Shown: positions 1 through 10,916, numbered from the whole stretch's first letter. The stretch: 57,234 nucleotides of DNA, filler included, from Sphacelaria rigidula (GCA_964200075.2; 8 parts of 8 records of this genome joined end to end with filler, not necessarily neighbours in it); one strand, 5' to 3'. Numbers and translations: made by a program. Notes: generated by a model not told the origin, from the letters alone.

Positions 1-789
1 AGCAATAACGCTCAAATCAGTCGCGTCGCGCAGCACTAAACCAGCTTTAACGGCAGTTATGATCATCGCCTCCGTGCACGTTTTTGGCCGGTTTTGGGGG
101 GGGGCTATCTCGGCAGCAGTCTACTTACCGTTTCGTTGCGGAAGAGCCGGAAAATTCCCTTTTTTGGATCAAAAACGGTCAATAACACCCTCCTAATAAA
201 CGGGGTATCTAGTCCGTATCGCCCCAAGAACACTATCATGGGCACTTCAGTTTGAGTGCGGCCTACGCTTTCCCCCTATATCTACCGGTGCTAGCACTTT
301 CAAGTAGTGGTGAAGAATAGTACTCGAGAAAAACTCAAAAACTACAATAACCACGAATTCTGAAAAATTCTGATGCTGACTACTATATACCAAAGAATAT
401 CATCGCCATTCAGAACTTACGCTTCCTGCCTCTTACCCGTTCCTCCGTCCCTATTCTCCTACATAAACCTATCCGTAATAGGCCCAGCCCGGGAGTCCCG
501 CTCTTGCAGCAAAAGCAGTCGCGGCTTATTCATCAGAATCTCGCCTGCTCGAGAACGGTCTGAGGGTTACCTTTACCTGGTATCCGTGGCTTCCCAGTTA
601 AAATCTCCCCCCCACCAGGGTCTTGGTCTAACTTCTGCTCTGCCTCTTGAAGCAACAAACGAGTTACGGCCACTCCTCAAGCCTCTGGTGACTCTGCTTC
701 GTCACGAGGCCACATCTCAGAGAGTGTGCTCAAATCCTCATCTTCACCCTGGCTGAGTCAGGCTAAACAAACCTTCCGCTTCCACTTGA

Positions 790-1620
790 TAAAACCGCCT
801 TCATCCTCCGCGGGTGAACGAAATTTAGCCACATTCTTTGGCATGCCGTCGTTATTTACCGTGGGTGGTGACTCGTAACAGTCGAGAGTAGTCGTAACTT
901 TCACTAGATCGACTCTTTCCAGCCCGACTGCTTCTTCCTATCCACCTGCGTCTGCCCTATGGGGTTTGAACTCCTCGCGCCTTGGTTTCCCTTTCGTCAG
1001 CCGGGAACGAGATAAGCCGGGCATCGGATCCTCGAAAGCGTGAATCGCCTTGCCCTGTCTTGTCGACACCAGACAAATAAGTACCTGTCCGCCCTGATCG
1101 CTGAGCAAACGTGGGGCAGGCAACGGTGTACGCTTCCACTCGCTACTTCCACGCTCGCAGTTGTCTTTCCCTCCGACGATCAGTTTTCAAGGCGATCACA
1201 TAGATCTGTCTCTTGCGATACGGTACGCCCACCTGCACGGCTAAGACAGAGGCCTGCTTAGTGAGACACCCAGCTCCGCTTAACAACGGAGCAACGAGCT
1301 CCTTCCAACCAGGAGAGCTCATCATTACAGCAGTACTGTCCAAGATCAGCGTTGTCACAGGGGTTGATGAGAAGGATGACTCGACAAACATCTTTGGTGA
1401 CACCGGCTAATTCCGACACCAGTGCAACCCGATCGATTGGTGCAACCCGACTTGTATCCCATACCAACACTTCTGGTTGCACTTCTCCCGCGAGGTTGTG
1501 GAAGGAACGGCGCCCCGGACTCGTACGTACCAGCCTGACTCAATTTCCAATCTGCTTCACTCGAACACGATCCAACGCCCTTCAGTCCGCATTAGCGAAT
1601 CCCCTCCACGAACTCTTTGG
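790..1620 (-). pseudogene. Degenerate C5 cytosine DNA methyltransferase-like domain within Gypsy pol
   Basis: ORF 1143-1403: PVTTLILDSTAVMMSSPGWKELVAPLLSGAGCLTKQASVLAVQVGVPYRKRQIYVIALK resembles motifs VI-VIII (P..FxxENV...GY...LxAxxxGVPQxRxRxF). Upstream RGGDSL (motif I-like) and PEVLVW (motif IV position); downstream IHAFEDPMPGLSR and motif IX/X-like segments. Confidence 0.65.
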
Positions 1621-1649
1621 CTGCCAAAACACTTTTTTCACCACCAACT

Positions 1650-1860
1650 GCAAAAAAGCCACTCGCTCAATCAAGACTCGTTAAGTACTTGGATCCTGCT
1701 AGTCCACTATACATGGTCTGCATATCCCTCATGCCGCTGCTGTATGACTCCAGAAGTTCGTTCCGTCCACGATATTCTTGACGTAGTCGTAAACTACCGT
1801 CCGTCCTTCTTTCGGACCGTGATGCAGGCGGCTGCCCATGCTGGCGTCGATCGAACGTAG
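1650..1860 (-). pseudogene. Gypsy reverse transcriptase N-terminal fragment
   Basis: Manual translation with one frameshift: YVRSTPAWAAACITVRKKDG/SLRLRQEYRGRNELLESYSSGMRDMQTMYSGLAGSKYLTSLD*ASGFF. The YxDD region and RNase H are missing. Confidence 0.85.
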
Positions 1861-1873
1861 CCCGGGACAGGCT

Positions 1874-2084
1874 TGTGATGCGTGAGGGGACCGTGTGCTT
1901 GGAGGACCACGCTGTAGTTCACATCACCTCAGGATCGACGTTTTTCAAAACCAGTCGGGCCAGTCTCTACAAGTACCACGCCCCTCACCATAATTCTAAC
2001 ACTAACCCTAACCCTAGCCCTAGCCATAGGGATTCTGAAATTCCGATGCGGTCCTCTAAGCACGCGGTCCTCTCACGCAGTACA
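1874..2084. mobile_element. ~210-bp MITE (TGT...ACA termini, ~37-bp TIR, internal CCCTAA-like repeats), inserted in Gypsy pol
   Basis: tgtgatgcgtgaggggaccgtgtgcttggaggacc ... ggtcctctaagcacgcggtcctctcacgcagtaca; same family at 6044, 6858 and 43648. Confidence 0.9.
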
Positions 2085-2589
2085 AAACTTGCCAGTGAAA
2101 CCTTCTAACCTTACATTCTCCATTAGATGCAGCAGCCATTGAAGCATAGCATCGTCCTTTCACGCCACTCCGAGGATTTTCCACACCTCATTCCATGCTG
2201 CCAGTTCGCTCCCACCAGAAAACATCCCCGTCTAGTCGTCACTGGGCGCGCTTGGCTTGACAGCACAGAAAAGGTCCCACGCTGCCGAATTTCCTTGGAT
2301 GTTGGGGTGGTCGACGATGTCAAACAGCTCCGAGTTTCGGAGAACCGTTAGACACGAACCATACCCACGGAGCATCCGGCGAACGCCAAAATCGTGCTCG
2401 CCCTTTGAAAGATAGAGTATTCTTGATTTTCCTGAAGAAACTCGCTTCCGAAATAAATTCATAGGGCAATCCATCGACCACCTAAACACATAGCTTCGTT
2501 ACCCTATACTCTGGGTGGAGACGAATCGAAATTACCGCTGACTCTAGGATCTTCATCGTGGGTATCCTACTGTTATTAGGTTTAGCAGC

Positions 2590-2838
2590 CTTCATAAACC
2601 CTGTTCCTTGCCGTTGTAACTTATTTGCTACATTACCTCACGTCACTAACGACTTCCACGAGAGCTTTGATGCGTGGCTCCTCCCCACTGCCCCGATGTC
2701 CAGTAATACCGTTACTGGTAGGTGGTGGCTACTCTCATTGTGGTGCCAGACTCGGGCTCGTATCCACAGCTGCTGCGCATCGTTCTTTGCTCCAGCCCAA
2801 TAGGCGTTCAATTCCCTACGATGGTGCCCACATCCCAC
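2590..2838 (-). pseudogene. Retroviral-type aspartic protease remnant
   Basis: ORF 2638-2838 LPVTVLLDIGAVGRSHAS resembles the LLDTGA catalytic motif and lies between gag and RT. Confidence 0.65.
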
Positions 2839-3476
2839 TGTTCCGGTGTTGACAATTTTTCAAAACTCGATCCCTGGTGGGATACAGCTTGTGTCGTAGT
2901 AGGTTGGACCAGCGTTGATCGAACACAACTCCTCGGTGCAGGGCTGCATTATGGCAGCGTGCTAAGCAACTTGCTCGTCCCCACTTGCGTAGCAGGGGTG
3001 GCTCCGGACGGGTGAAATGGCCCATTCGATGAATTTGCATGCGTTCCCACTGGGTTAGGTGGAACCTAGTACCCTGGTAGTTGCGCCTTGCCTGGGATGG
3101 ACAGTGCTAACGGAGAGCCAGATACTGGAAGCATCCGCTGAAAAAACGAAGGAACAACCGGTTGTGAAAACTGTTGGTCAGAAGCAATAAGCAGATTTAT
3201 CTGCGGCGCTTGAGAGGCGCTTTGTGGCAATTGCGCAAAAAGACTGCTGCTCTTGTCGCGGCGCAGAAAAACTGTTGTAGTTGCGGACGCGCAAGAGACT
3301 GATGTTGCTGAGGAGGTGCGACAACCTGATGCTTCACGGAAAGGTGCGGCAACCTGCTGCTGAATGGGAAGGTGCTTGCACGGGAGGCTGTTGGACGAAT
3401 GCCGCCGGGTAAAAGGACTGGGCTTGAGGGTTCAAGGGGGTTCCACTCATTTTTCACCGATTTGGGGTTAGCTCTG

Positions 3477-3772
3477 TGATACTCAGCACGATAAATCTGC
3501 TCGCACGTACCTCATGAACGTATCGCAAAATTGAAAAAACTACGAATGATTCATGGCAATGTACTGCAGTCTCCATGATTCAAGAGGGCGGTGTGTGGTG
3601 GGAACATTCCCAACCATCAACGGCGTGGGAGACGATGTAACAAGCAATACGGATAACAGCGCCCCACCAACATAAAATGATGGCGGAGAAAAGAGAGGGA
3701 AAGGAGAACGAAGGTCACAGCGATATGACCGGAGAAGACAGGTTCACGCGTGTGCATTTGGCCAGGGTATCA
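3477..3772 (-). repeat. 5' LTR of the contig-1 Gypsy element
   Basis: 296 bp bounded by the terminal inverted repeat TGATAC...GTATCA, directly upstream of the gag region. Confidence 0.7.
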
Positions 3773-4329
3773 CGTGTCAGGGACATCCAAGGATAATTTC
3801 CTGGACTCCGACCCCTGTAAACCTGATCGGACACGCATAGAAAATCCTGGCCCCCTGTCAACGTGCTCGGACACGCATGAGAACTCTGGCTCCCTGTCCT
3901 GTTCGGACAAGCATGGTCTTGACATATTGAGCTCTCGTTCTCACCCATTTTCCTGCATGCGATGATTTCCTGCTTGTTTGCTGTATGGTGCACGCATATT
4001 TCTGGTCCATACAACTTTTTCTTTCATCTACCCAATGTCTGACTTCTATGCTAGTAACTTACATAGTATCCACAATAATCACACGAGTCGTTCATTACAA
4101 GCCAACAACCCTCGTCGGTTTCTTTCCGGTGTGAATCTCGGAAAAAGAATGCGTGGAACCCATGGACTCTCAAGACCCGAACAGTGTAGCCCTGTCCCGA
4201 TGACGGTCATAGCACGCACGGATAAGCGGTCAACATTGGATTGGTTGTCGGAGCGCGCACAGTAGACGGTCAACGGGAGCTGACGGATCACCCGTCTGAC
4301 AACCTCGTGTAGACCTCTTGGCTTGCAGT

Positions 4330-4500
4330 TTCCTTCGTAGCCGCCCAATCGTTGTGGACTTAACCGTTAGACCGCGAGATTTGTCTTGCTGGATCATGCA
4401 TACTTCATTTCACTTGAAATTGATGCCGATTCAACAGAAGACTAACCTCGCGGTCTAGGGGTTAAGTTGATTATCCCATTCATGGGTGGCTACAGGGGAA
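4330..4500. repeat. Imperfect palindrome, MITE-like
   Basis: gtagccgccca...cttaaccgttagaccgcgag pairs with ctcgcggtctaggggttaag...tgggtggctac. Confidence 0.55.
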
Positions 4501-6043
4501 TTGGTAGACGGTCCCTTTTTTTTCAATTATCAACGGCTGACGCTGGCTTCCTGCAGCCCAGTGGTCGTTGATCCACTGCTGCAGGTCATATGAATCAAAT
4601 TATGATACACTCAGCAGTGTACATGACAACGATCACCCATGTATTAATAGTTTTGAAATAACTACGAGTACATGGTTGAGTTTGATTTCGTCACAATCGG
4701 AGCAAAGGTCACATAGCCCCGAAGTTTTTCGAGCAAGCATGGCTCGTCCATGTCCTTTTGGCTATCCATCCGGGTGCAAACGGTCAAACGGGGGGAACCA
4801 CGTGGGGTTACATCCATTTTTTTACGACAATGAAACATTTCAGGCATCAATGATCTGCTCCCCCCCTGATCGGGGTAGGGTAAATACCTCACACTGCGTT
4901 CATTCAAACCTCGAAATTTCCGTTCACGGCAAATCGGCTCACGTGGTGATTTGCCCTGCTGTAGTATGTATGTTCAACCAGTATGACTTCACGGTTACAT
5001 CAACCGTTTCGCGTATTAGTGGACAGCAGATTGTCGCTGATATTCACTCTCAGCTGCATACACGGTCATGCATGAGATACGGTAGTAGGTGGCTCCCATC
5101 TCCAAACGCATGCGTTATCCACTTTGCCATGAATTTAGCAGATAACACGTCGGAAGTTCCCCGTTTTATCCCTCTTTGATATGTGATAGCAATTCATTAG
5201 AATCACGCCTGCCTTTCCGATGCTGCGGCCATAGTTTCCCTCAGGTTACGCGACCATCACTACAATATGTGTCCACACAGTATATATACTCGAACTGATA
5301 GGACACGACAGAGGTGACCTCGGAATTTTCCGCATGCACAGCCACTGTGATGCTTGTTTCAACCAAGCGTTACTGCAAATTCACGTGGGGACAGCATAGC
5401 ATTGCAGGGAGGGATACAACAAAGCGGTATACAGAATAATGGCTTCCTAGTATCAACCGTTTGCACATGTCGAGTCAACCCAGCTAAAAGTTTCGACTCT
5501 AACTAGTATCAAGTTGGATTGTACTGTGGCGTCAAGCACGGTAGGGTGTTGCGTTTTTCACGCAGGAACAGGAGGTGCAACAGCAACTAACTGCGGCTTG
5601 GTACATGAAGCACACACAGCGATGTCTCATCCCACGACTAGTTCATAGCTCACAGCAGCAGTTGCGTGAGTTGTGAACAAGTCCAGGGTTGCTTCATCCG
5701 ACGCATCGGTACCTACATTGCACTTTCTAGTAATCGTATGTTGGCTTGGTTTCGCACCCCACATATGGCTAGGTCGCCAATAAGCCCGTGCGGAACAATT
5801 GTCCCGCACAGACGAGCATCGGTGTAACTCGTGTGTAATGCAGATCGAATAACGTTACTGAGCAGTAGTACAGTGCAACACAGTGTACTCACTTGATTAT
5901 CGTGTCTCGACTCGGTTTCGCTATACACAGGTGCAAACAGTACAACACAGCACAACTTTTTAAGACTTACGGGTCAACTTGGCTTCGCAACGCGCAGGAA
6001 ATTTTCGGCCTATTTCATACTGCAATATGTTAGAACGTGAGGG

Positions 6044-6255
6044 TGTAACGCGTGAGACGACCGCGTGCTTAGAGAACCGCGCCGTAGTCCAAAACACCTC
6101 AGGATCGTTGTTTTTCGAAACCAATACGGCCAGTCCCTGCAGGTACCACGCCCCTGACTACAACCCTAACACTAACCCTGACCCTAACCCCTAACCATAG
6201 GGATGTTCAAATTCCGATGCGGCCCTCTAAGCACGCGGTCCTCTCACGCATTACA
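6044..6255. mobile_element. ~210-bp TGT...ACA MITE with CCCTAA-like repeats
   Basis: Full TIRs; AGGG on both flanks (possible 4-bp TSD). Confidence 0.9.
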
Positions 6256-6599
6256 AGGGGATAGCTGGTAGCATTGACGTAGCACCGGCACGTTGCATCA
6301 GGTTACGGGAAGATGGGTATCAACTTGTATTGTAACGCGGGATGCAACATACCAGACAGCCTCCCTTCACGCAACCAGTCCAAGAGCCATACACAGACGG
6401 TATGTCGAAACAGTCTAGGTGACAGAATACCCTCGATATGGTCGGAGCACCGAAAGATCGAGTAAATAGGGCTCAACTCGTCTGTAATTTCGGTCCCATC
6501 CATCTTTTGATACATGTACCCATTTCTGAGATGCTACTGTCGTACTTCGTTATCGGTGCCCGAACTAAAAGCAAGTCATTCGCACTGTGCCTAAATACA

Positions 6600-6856
6600 T
6601 GAGAACTATAGCCTCTGCCAGACGATCTGGACAAGAGGACTATCCACGAGGGACTCCTCCAGTAGCACTACTAGCCTCGTGCTCGACAAGTCTTCTCTTC
6701 TCGCTTGTTATTATCACGAAGTGATCCTCAACAAACCACATCATGAGCCCGTAGCAGGGGACCACACAGATATGGGCCATCAATCCAGGATACCCTGTCC
6801 CCTGCCACTGCTCCAATCATACATGCGATTATACTGAGACCCACGGCTTGGTATCA
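6600..6856 (-). repeat. Solo LTR of the Gypsy family seen at 26977-27230
   Basis: Shares agacgatctggacaagaggactatc, ctcgtgctcgacaagtc and the cttggtatca end with that LTR; TG...CA termini. Confidence 0.8.
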
Positions 6857-6857
6857 T

Positions 6858-7067
6858 TGTAATGCGTGAGAGGACCGCGTGCTTAGAAAAACCGCGTTGT
6901 AGTTCAAAACACCGTAGGATCGATATTTCTTAAAACCAATCGGGCCAATCCCTGCAGGTACCACGCCCCTGACCATAACCCCAGCACTAACCCTAATCCT
7001 AACCCCAATCATGGGGATGTTCAAATTCCGATGCGGTCCCCTAATCACGCGGTCCTCTCACGCATTA
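6858..7067. mobile_element. ~210-bp TGT...ACA MITE cut by the contig end
   Basis: tgtaatgcgtgagaggaccgcgtgcttag ... cacgcggtcctctcacgcatta. Confidence 0.9.
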
Positions 7068-7167
7068 NNNNNNNNNNNNNNNNNNNNNNNNNNNNNNNNN
7101 NNNNNNNNNNNTTAATTAATTAANNNNNNNNNNNNNNNNNNNNNNNNNNNNNNNNNNNNNNNNNNNN
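7068..7167. other. Artificial contig spacer
   Basis: N44-TTAATTAATTAA-N44 (six-frame stop linker). Confidence 0.98.
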
Positions 7168-7184
7168 CATTACTCTCGTGGCTC

Positions 7185-8069
7185 TCAGGCCGGTTTTGGC
7201 CTCAAAAGTGCAGACCCTATCGCAGCATCACTCATTGAATAATCATACTGCCCGAGTACAGCCTTCCATTGTTCAAGACTCTGTGCGGCAGTTTTCGCCA
7301 GTGTGGTCACACATGCTTCGGGATCAAAAATGTAAGCGAGATTGCGATGGTCCGTAAATATGGTCACTCCTCCCCACAAAAGGTACTCCAACCTACGAAA
7401 CGTACTCACAATGGCATATCCTTCCTTGTCCACCGTAGCCCACCGCAACTGCGCTCCTCGAAACGTCCCACTAAGAAATCCCAGGGGCTCGTGACTCATG
7501 TCCTCCACCGCTATATTGCGGTCCAATTCAGCTCTCGGTACCTGGGTCACGAAACTACCCCAATGAAGATCCGATGCGTCTGGAAATATCATCACCTCAT
7601 AGCCCTCCTTGGGATGTGACAGAGCAACAGCATGCGCCACCAAATCTTTCGCCGCTGTCCGAGCTTGCGCACGCTCAAACATCCACGCCGCCTCCTTGAT
7701 TGTCCTGTTGGGAGCAACCCGCTTTGTACGACGCACGTTGCCCACCATATGCTCCTCGAGCAAAAAACGAAGGGGCTCCACCACTTCAGCAAGGCGCGGA
7801 AAAGACGTCCGCAGCCAATTCATCGCTTGCAAAAATTGTATCAACTCGCTCGCGGTTTGAGGACGCCTCATATTCGCCAAATCGCTCAGCCGCTCCCTGT
7901 CGTGAGCCACCTGTCCACCCGAGAGAACCTTTCCGCACCACGTAATTTGCGTATCATAAAACATACACTTGTGTGCAGCCGCAAAAAAACCAGCATCCTC
8001 GAGGCGGCTTAAAATCGCATTCAGCGTGCACAGCAAGTCATCGTCATTTGCCCCCCACCAAGATGTCAT
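7185..8069 (-). pseudogene. Gypsy RT C-terminus / RNase H
   Basis: AAHKC...ITWCGK; IFPDASD, LGFLSG...WATVDKEGYAI, IFTDHRNL. Homology stops near QYDY (~7232). Confidence 0.93.
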
Positions 8070-8871
8070 CTACCCACACCTTACATGGAAGTCCAGTCAA
8101 TAGCTTCGTCATAGTCCCCTGAAAATACCCCGTAGCGTTGAGTACTCCTTGAGGCACGCGCGTAGGCGTAAATAACCCGTCAGGGGTTGCAATAGTGACG
8201 ATTTCTTGGGCATCTGCCGCCAACGGCATCTGCCAGTATCCCTGCAGCATGTCTAGCTTTTCAAAACAAGCAGCCCCTAGCAAATCCGCCATCTCCGCTT
8301 CTTGGTTTGGCATCACAGTCGGCACTTTCTCAATCTGCTTACTAACGGCACGGTAATCACTCACCAGTTTGAAACCACCCTTTTTAGGCGTTGCAACAGC
8401 CGCGCTCGCCCATACTGCCAGGAAACTGCGATACACGAGCCCGAGCGCCACCGATGTCACCATGCAACGTGCCAACCATGCCATCTTAACTGGAGAGTAT
8501 GCTCGCGGCCTAGCCTTAACTGCCGTAGCACCAGGTTTGAATGTCACCTTGAGAGGCTCGACACGAGCGGGCGGATCACCACGTAGCGCTCGCCGAAAAG
8601 CATTCGCACGGCGGTTTACAAGCTCGCGAAGCTTGCCCACGCCGCTCTCGGACATACCATTATTGGCAGCTGCTAGTACCGCCTCCTCCAGCGCGACCTT
8701 ACGCTCAGCCAGCTCTTGTTCGGGGGTCATACTCATCTCCGGACCGCGCGACACCAGCCGCTCGACTGAGGGATCCACGGGCTCCTCCCGATCACCTTGG
8801 TGCTGCAGAGCCTCAACCGCGATGTTGATATGTCGACAATCCTTGAATTCAGGCGTGTCTACAACACGCAC
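8044..8871 (-). pseudogene. Gypsy reverse transcriptase
   Basis: KARPRAYSP, LVSDYRAVSK, LDMLQGYWQMPL, PTRVPQG, WVDD catalytic motif; frameshift to the next ORF. Confidence 0.95.
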
Positions 8872-8910
8872 CGAAGTGTTTCTCGCCGGCGCACAGGCAC
8901 CTAAACTACT

Positions 8911-9252
8911 TTACACGTCGATACCAAGCTCCTCTAGAATAGGGCTCCCCCTGATAATGACATCATCGGTACCCGGCATGGCCGCATAGGAGCATGGGTC
9001 CAATACAACCGGACCCCAACTGGTGTGCAAAGCGGTGCGGACAGGGCAAGTTTTCTGCTTCACGCGCTCAACATTGTCATTTGTCAATTTCACCAACTGT
9101 TCACCAGCCATTGGTCTCACCACTTGGGCATCTGGAACCATGGCTTGCAATTTCGCCGCCACACCAGCTGACATGGTCGTAAGTCCAGATCCTGAATCTA
9201 AAATAGCCGTGACCGGACAAACACCCTTTTCCCCTGTACTCGGGACAGACAA
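8911..9252 (-). pseudogene. Gypsy aspartic protease
   Basis: TAILDSGSGLTTMS ... DDVIIRGSPILEELGI. Confidence 0.9.
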
Positions 9253-9264
9253 GTCGGCAAGACA

Positions 9265-10330
9265 CTACCTTTCCTTGTGATCTACTTGCAGACCCTCAGA
9301 TTGAAAACCTGACACCTCACCCGCTTTGAGCGATCTCCATGCTGGCACCGCCTTAGATTTCGAACCCGGGAACGAGCGCGATGAGATGGTCTGCTGCACG
9401 CCACCAGTAGAAGCGACCGGTTCTGGTGGCAACGTCGCCCCCCCGCTGGGAGCACTTTGTCCATCGGCTGAAAATACAGCCCTTGTAGGAGCGGGACTCG
9501 TGCCCCCTCCGCGAGGCACCTGTGCAGGGCCCTGCGACAGCTGCTGTTGTTGCTGCTGCTTGTCGCCAACCTTCGTCTGCTCACCGTCACTACGTTGTGT
9601 AGCACCAGCCTGGCCTTGCTGCTTGCAATCCTTCCGAAAATGGCCCTTGTTTCCACATATGAAACATCATGCATTATTTGGGCCTGGTTTGCGGGTTTTC
9701 CCGAAACTGGCAGTCCCATTTCCACTGCTCGCCGTTTTTCCACCATTTGGTTGGCGCTTGCTTCCGGAAGTCCCGCTAATACTCCTTTGTTTCAGCTGCG
9801 GCTGCTGACGGCGCTGCTTATCCGCCGCTTCCACCGTCTTCCATGCCTCCGCTGCTTCCCGAGCCGTGTTAAACACAAGCCCAGGGTCCTCCTTCCACCC
9901 CCCCTTCATGTTCAACATGTTGAGGACTTTAGTTTTGAATTCGGGGGGGGGTCAGCCCATTCAACATTTCCCGAGTTATGATTTGAGCGGGTCCTGGTTT
10001 GAAATCTGCATCATCGCGGAACGCACGCTCAGCGCTAGTATTCTCCGCAAAAAAGTCCTCCAGGGCACCCCACTGCCCTTCTACTCTTCCCATTGCAGTT
10101 TGCTCGTTGCGGGCAGCCAACGCTTTCCGCACACCAGCAGCAGCAACTGAAGGATCAATCTCTTCATCCTGCCAACATTTCGCGTGTCGGCCTAGTGCCT
10201 CCTTGAGATCGTCTTCGTCAAGCACGGATCCGTCAAAAATCGCGCGTGACAAACACGCACGGATGTGCTTCGGCACCAGTTCAGTAACAGTCAGTAAGAC
10301 GGCCTGCATGCTACGTCCTTTGTTGTTCAT
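9265..10330 (-). pseudogene. Gypsy gag with CX2CX4HX4C knuckle
   Basis: Frameshift near the G-run at ~9945, stop just before CFICGNKGHFRKDC; similar to the gag at 25819-26633. Confidence 0.85.
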
Positions 10331-10598
10331 TTTGACCGCCTCTTCATACTCGACATATTTCTGATAAAAACGTCGGGACTCATTTTCGCCAAAAATGCCG
10401 TCCGTAGTCTGGGGCTTTCAGCGATCCTGCAGGCATAAGCTCAGTGAACTTAAACTTCACCTCTTCGCCTGCATCGCCATCACCCACTTTCTTGCGCGTT
10501 GCAATAGCTGCACGCAACAGTTCCAGCCAACCTAGCCGTCTCCCCCTTGCCAGCGAGCTCCCTCACGTTACAGTGTGCACACTACTGTGTTCAAATTT

Positions 10599-10916
10599 TG
10601 ATATAATTTCTCCACAGCTGTTCACAGCTGAAAAACCTCTTCCAGAAACCAGTGGGTTCCTCTTAATAAACGTTTATTATAGAGCCCTCCTGGACTCAGA
10701 ACAAGGTCACAAGATTGCTCCAAGGGCTTCCTCCCTCATTAGGGCCTGGAGACTTGAAGACAGTTGTTATTCATAAACACACAGCCTTCGTTATCGGAAG
10801 TAACCACATGCGTGAAGCATGTGATGTTCAAATCCACATAGTCTGCCGATCAGACCCGCAAGTCCATCAACCAATAGAAAACGCCTACAGCAGATTGTTC
10901 CACTTGTAGATCATCA
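10599..10916 (-). repeat. Probable 5' LTR of the contig-2 Gypsy
   Basis: TGATAT...ATCATCA boundaries, upstream of gag in a position equivalent to the contig-4 LTR. Confidence 0.5.

Larger units (their letters stand above)
385..3772 (-). mobile_element. Decayed, internally deleted Ty3/Gypsy LTR retrotransposon (5' LTR, gag, protease, RT N-terminus, C5-MTase-like domain, pre-integrase linker)
   Basis: Minus-strand order: LTR 3477-3772, protease motif VLLDIGA, RT motifs STPAWAAACITVRKKDG / SLRLRQEYRGRN / KYLTSLD*ASGFF, MTase-like segment, then LLLLQERD...DDILWY-type linker. Many stops and frameshifts. Confidence 0.8.
7232..10916 (-). mobile_element. Ty3/Gypsy LTR retrotransposon (LTR-gag-PR-RT-RNase H), 3'-truncated before integrase
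   Basis: gag ORFs 9929-10330 and 9667-9918, zinc knuckle CFICGNKGHFRKDC, PR ILDSGSG, RT and RNase H in Gypsy order; frameshifts and stops. Confidence 0.95.

Noticed and set aside
4568-5179. 203-aa ORF as a gene
   Set aside because: No motifs, non-ATG start and composition typical of non-coding DNA.
7112-7123. TTAATTAATTAA recurring every ~7.17 kb as a biological periodic element
   Set aside because: Always centred in N44 runs; an assembly linker.
8369-8989. 206-aa plus-strand ORF (and similar ORFs at 39167-39760 and 36832-37665)
   Set aside because: Antisense or alternative-frame shadows of GC-rich Gypsy pol.
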